Assembly (NCBI GenBank): GCA_046156195.1
Contig: JBJXEX010000429.1
Location: forward strand, 6,882 to 70,881
Source of the DNA: Planctomycetaceae bacterium
GTDB lineage: Bacteria; Planctomycetota; Planctomycetia; Planctomycetales; Planctomycetaceae
DNA: 64,000 bases
Direction of reading: 5' to 3'
The notes beneath the pieces are model-generated. The model saw only the letters and a list, made by a program, of their open reading frames with translations, searched no databases and was not told the DNA's origin. Every line of letters begins with the position of its first letter. Positions within the stretch are counted from its first letter, which is position 1. A program made the translations under genes and the position numbers. Positions 61,052 through 64,000 of this stretch are shown here, piece after piece.

Positions 61052-64000
61052 ATGTTGACTCAAAATTGGTCGAACGTCATTCAGAATTGGTTTTCCCAAG
61101 GAACTCGAACGAGAGCAACGTCGCGGAATGCCGATCGTCGCCGTCAGCGACAGACCCTTCGCCAAATTTCCATTGAGAGTTTGGAAGCACGGATTCTGCC
61201 CGCCACCATCATTGTCACCGGCAACGGAGATGGAACGGATGGATTCGTCACGCTGCGCGAGGCGGTCACTTCGATCAACGCGGGAATCGACACTTCCGAC
61301 GTGACATCCGTCGGGGCGTATGGCGTCAACGACACGATCAATTTCAACATTTCCGGTGCGGGCCTGCAGACAATCTCGCTGCTGTCGTCTCTGCCGACGC
61401 TCATGAAACCAGTGGTCATCAACGGCTACACCCAATCGGACGCCAGCCAAAACACGCTGGTCGATACGGACAACGCGGTCCTGCGGATCGAGTTGGATGG
61501 CACCAGTGCGGGGGGTGGAACGAACGGGTTGGTGCTCGGTACGGGGTCGAGCGGTTCCAGTGTCAGCGGGTTGGTGATCAATCGTTTTTCCGGGTCGGGA
61601 ATCCGGGTGCTGTCTGACGGCAACACGATCACCGGCAACTTCATCGGGACCGGTGGCACGGGCAATACCGTTGCGAGCGCGACCAGTGGTTTCGGGATCG
61701 AGATCGACGGGCACTTCCGCAATACGATTGGTGGCACAACTCCGGCGTCGAGAAATGTCATCGGGGGGAATTCCGACGGCATCAACCTTAACACGGGTTC
61801 TCAGAACAATGTGATTCAAGGGAACTTCATCGGCGTCGGCGCGGATGGCGCGACGGCGGTGGGAAACCGATTACACGGCGTGGCTCTGCGAGGGAACGGC
61901 GGACTGGGAGTTCAAGACAACTCGATCGGCGGCACGTTGGCGGGAGCGGGCAATACGATCGCGAACAACGGTTCCGCCGGAGTGGCCGTGTTCGGCGATC
62001 CGTTGTCCATTCGTCAGAACACCGGCAATGCCATTCTTGGCAACTCGATCTTCAACAACGGACTCAGCAGTCCCGCGACGATTCCGGGAATCGATCTTGT
62101 CGGGACCGGTTCCTATCCGACGGATGACGGCGTCACCGCCAACGACTCTGGATTGATGCCCGCTGACCCTGATGATGCCGACAGCGGCCCCAACCTCTTG
62201 CAGAATTTCCCCGTGCTGACATCCGCCACGAGCGGAATGCTCGGCACGACGATCATGGGGACGCTCAACAGCAGCACTCAAACAACGTACCGGATCGAGT
62301 TCTTCGCCAGTCCCACCGTCAGCGCGACTGGTTTCGGTGAAGGTCAGAAGTTCCTCGGCTTCACGAACGTGACGACCGACAACAACGGCAATGCGAACAT
62401 CAGCTTCATCACGACCTTGGCGAACACGGTGCCGAGCGGCCAGTTCGTCACGGCGACCGCGACGTCCGGAGGAACTTCCACGGGCACCACACCCACAGGC
62501 GCGGCGGCCATCTTGGGGACGGCGGCGAACTTCGCGATCTTGGCCGGTTCGGCGATCACGATCACCGGCCCGACCAACCTCTTGGGAGATGTCGGCATCA
62601 GCCCAGGATCGGCACTCGATCCCGCCTCGTTCACGACGACGGGCACGGTCCATATCACCGATGCGGTCGCGCTGCAGGCGAAGATTGATCTCGCCACGGC
62701 TTACGATTCCCTCCTCCCCGCACAACTGCCGTTCACGACCGATTTGACCGGCACGGATCTGGGTGCGCTTTTGCAGCCGCTTACGCCGGGGGTCTATCAC
62801 TTCGACACGTCGGCGCAGTTGACGGGGACACTCAAGCTCGACACCCAGGGCGATCCTCATGCGCGTTTCGTGTTTCAGATCGGAAGCACGCTCATCACCG
62901 CCGTCGGTTCGGAAGTGGTGTTCGTGCTCGGTGGATCGTCTGACAATGTCCTCTGGCAGGTCGGCAGCTCCGCGACGATCGGGGTCGGCACGGACTTCGT
63001 TGGAAACATTCTCGCGCTGACGAGCATCACCTTGCAGAACGGTGCGACGCTGGCGAGCGGCCGAGCCTTGGCGCGAAATGGAGCCGTGACGATGAACACG
63101 ATCGTCGTCGATTCCACGATCCCGCCGCAGAACAACACGTCGGAGTTCTCTGCTCCTCAGCAGGTTCCCAATCTGACTCCCACGACGCTGACGATCGGGA
63201 ATCAGACGGTGACGGAAGGGGGCAATTTGATGTTCACGGTCACTCTGTCGGCGGCCGTGCTGGGCGGAGTGACGGTGGATTTCGCGACGACCGACGGAAC
63301 GGCCAAAGATGGCGTCGGCGAGAGCGAAACGGACTACACGGCCGCGAGCGGGACATTGACGTTCCTGGGAATGGCGGGCGAGACGAAGACCATCACAGTG
63401 CTCACCGCGACGGACACGAAGGTCGAGCTGAATGAGACGCTGAGCGTCTCGTTGAGCAACGTCTCAACGGGCACCGTGACCACGGTCGGAAGTCCCGCGA
63501 CGGGGACGATCACCAACAACGACAGCGCGACGATCTCGATCGCCGATGCCACGGCCACCGAGGGAGGCAACTTGGTCTTCGCCGTCACGTTGACCAATCC
63601 GGTTGATGTCAACACGGTCATCACGTTTTCGACGTTCGATGGCTCGGCCACCACGGTCGACAACGACTACACCAGCCAGACCGCTCAGACGCTGACGATC
63701 GTTGCCGGTCAGACCAACGGCATGATCACGGTCGCGACCTTCGCCGATGCCAATATCGAGTTGGCCGAAACGATGACGGTCGTGCTCGCGAACATCAGCG
63801 CTAGTGGTCGGAATGTGACATTCCTCGACGACACCGGCATCGGGACGATCAACCCGCCGGGCAATTTCAGTTCGCCAGTCATCACGTCAGACTCGACGGC
63901 GAGCGTGGCAGAGAACTCCAGCATCGCGACGGTGGTGCTGGACGTGAACGCGACGGATGCCGACGTCCCGGCTCAGACATTGAGCTTCGCTTTGTCTGGC
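61052..64000 (+). CDS. Second giant secreted protein, truncated at its 3' end by the window edge (first 983 codons): ESLEAR leader, CSLREA-type parallel beta-helix, DUF3494 ice-binding-like domain, 2x Calx-beta, cadherin-like start
   Basis: Not in the track (no stop inside the window). ATG 61052 lies 7 nt after GGAG. Hand translation: MLTQNWSNVIQNWFSQGTRTRATSRNADRRRQRQTLRQISIESLEARILPATIIVTGNGDG...; I met no stop through 64000. Confidence 0.85.
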   Translation, partial: MLTQNWSNVIQNWFSQGTRTRATSRNADRRRQRQTLRQISIESLEARILPATIIVTGNGDGTDGFVTLREAVTSINAGIDTSDVTSVGAYGVNDTINFNISGAGLQTISLLSSLPTLMKPVVINGYTQSDASQNTLVDTDNAVLRIELDGTSAGGGTNGLVLGTGSSGSSVSGLVINRFSGSGIRVLSDGNTITGNFIGTGGTGNTVASATSGFGIEIDGHFRNTIGGTTPASRNVIGGNSDGINLNTGSQNNVIQGNFIGVGADGATAVGNRLHGVALRGNGGLGVQDNSIGGTLAGAGNTIANNGSAGVAVFGDPLSIRQNTGNAILGNSIFNNGLSSPATIPGIDLVGTGSYPTDDGVTANDSGLMPADPDDADSGPNLLQNFPVLTSATSGMLGTTIMGTLNSSTQTTYRIEFFASPTVSATGFGEGQKFLGFTNVTTDNNGNANISFITTLANTVPSGQFVTATATSGGTSTGTTPTGAAAILGTAANFAILAGSAITITGPTNLLGDVGISPGSALDPASFTTTGTVHITDAVALQAKIDLATAYDSLLPAQLPFTTDLTGTDLGALLQPLTPGVYHFDTSAQLTGTLKLDTQGDPHARFVFQIGSTLITAVGSEVVFVLGGSSDNVLWQVGSSATIGVGTDFVGNILALTSITLQNGATLASGRALARNGAVTMNTIVVDSTIPPQNNTSEFSAPQQVPNLTPTTLTIGNQTVTEGGNLMFTVTLSAAVLGGVTVDFATTDGTAKDGVGESETDYTAASGTLTFLGMAGETKTITVLTATDTKVELNETLSVSLSNVSTGTVTTVGSPATGTITNNDSATISIADATATEGGNLVFAVTLTNPVDVNTVITFSTFDGSATTVDNDYTSQTAQTLTIVAGQTNGMITVATFADANIELAETMTVVLANISASGRNVTFLDDTGIGTINPPGNFSSPVITSDSTASVAENSSIATVVLDVNATDADVPAQTLSFALSG
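61190..62060 (+). other. CSLREA-type motif plus parallel beta-helix repeats
   Basis: VTLREAVTSINAG (motif at 61247-61267), then rungs such as VSGLVINRFSGSGIRVLSDGNTITGNFIG, NVIGGNSDGINLNTGSQNNVIQGNFIG, NTIANNGSAGVAVFGD and AILGNSIFNN. Confidence 0.65.
62501..63109 (+). other. DUF3494 / ice-binding-like (IBP type 1) domain
   Basis: AAAILGTAANFAILAGSAITITGPTNLLGDVGISPGSAL...LTPGVYHFDTSAQLTGTLKLDTQGDPHARFVFQIGSTLITAVGSEVVFVLGGSSDNVLWQVGSSATIGVGTDFVGNILALTSITLQNGATLASGRALARNGAVTMNTIVV. As I recall the DUF3494 consensus (LGSA.NFAVLAGS...GD.GVSPG...TPGVY...LTLDAQGD..AVFIFQ.GS.L.T...NVFWQVGSSATLG...F.GNILA..SIT...GA...GR.LA..GAVTL..N.I), this matches along its whole length. Confidence 0.8.
63188..63853 (+). 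repeat. Two tandem Calx-beta domains
   Basis: LTIGNQTVTEGGNLMFTVTLSAAV..VTVDFATTDGTAKDG..DYTAASGTLTFLGMAGETKTITVLTATDTKVELNETLSVSLSNV...GTITNND, and ISIADATATEGGNLVFAVTLTNPV..ITFSTFDGSATTVDNDYTSQTAQTLTIVAGQTNGMITVATFADANIELAETMTVVLANI...GIGTIN. Confidence 0.8.
63876..64000 (+). other. Start of a cadherin-like domain
   Basis: PVITSDSTASVAENSSIATVVLDVNATDADVPAQTLSFALSG: V.EN....T.V..V.A.D.D pattern. Confidence 0.5.

Noticed and set aside
61025-62860. Minus-strand ORFs of 264 and 329 aa.
   Set aside because: They are antisense to the second giant gene, whose plus-strand frame gives clear beta-helix and DUF3494 sequence.

Overview
This is a high-GC window that looks like Planctomycetota. That call is an inference from a DUF1501 gene, TAT-signal oxidoreductases, and giant secreted proteins carrying an N-terminal ESLExR leader.

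Both ends hold outward-facing giant surface-protein genes. Neither appears in the ORF track, because neither has a stop codon inside the window.
- Minus strand, 23678 to <1: more than 7,892 codons. Domains are a PPC-like domain, an M10 metzincin domain, beta-helix modules, cadherin-like tandem modules and a long RTX-type Ca-binding tail.
- Plus strand, 61052 to >64000: a CSLREA-type beta-helix, a DUF3494 ice-binding-like domain, two Calx-beta domains and the start of a cadherin-like domain.

Between them lie about 30 ordinary genes:
- Information processing and repair: ettA, an rpsA-like S1 protein, pcm, cfa, ygfZ-like, lutB.
- Hydrolases and oxidoreductases: an M48 peptidase, an SGNH hydrolase, Gfo/Idh/MocA, an amidohydrolase.
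- Others: an acyl-CoA synthetase, DUF1501, a TolB-like propeller, DUF2294.

The accessory modules I consider most worth follow-up are:
1. A membrane-anchored GspE/PilB-type ATPase with a CvpA-like membrane protein, a single-domain KaiC-like ATPase and a CheY-like regulator (51306-55441).
2. A PqqD/RRE-like + M50 site-2-protease + HlyD fusion protein with a second HlyD adaptor (26835-30304).
3. Two tandem terminator-capped sRNA-like units upstream of the second giant gene (60684-60906).
4. A lower-GC two-gene cassette: a JAB/DUF4329-like protein plus a small partner (41369-42072).
5. A ParE-like toxin/antitoxin pair translationally coupled to lutB.

Long (20-32 bp), sequence-unique inverted repeats follow many stop codons.

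Many track ORFs begin upstream of the likely true start; I give revised starts where an ATG/GTG with a Shine-Dalgarno-like GGAG is visible. Most long ORFs antisense to real genes are high-GC artefacts. I recognised no rRNA, tRNA or CRISPR array. All domain names come from motifs read by eye, not from searches.
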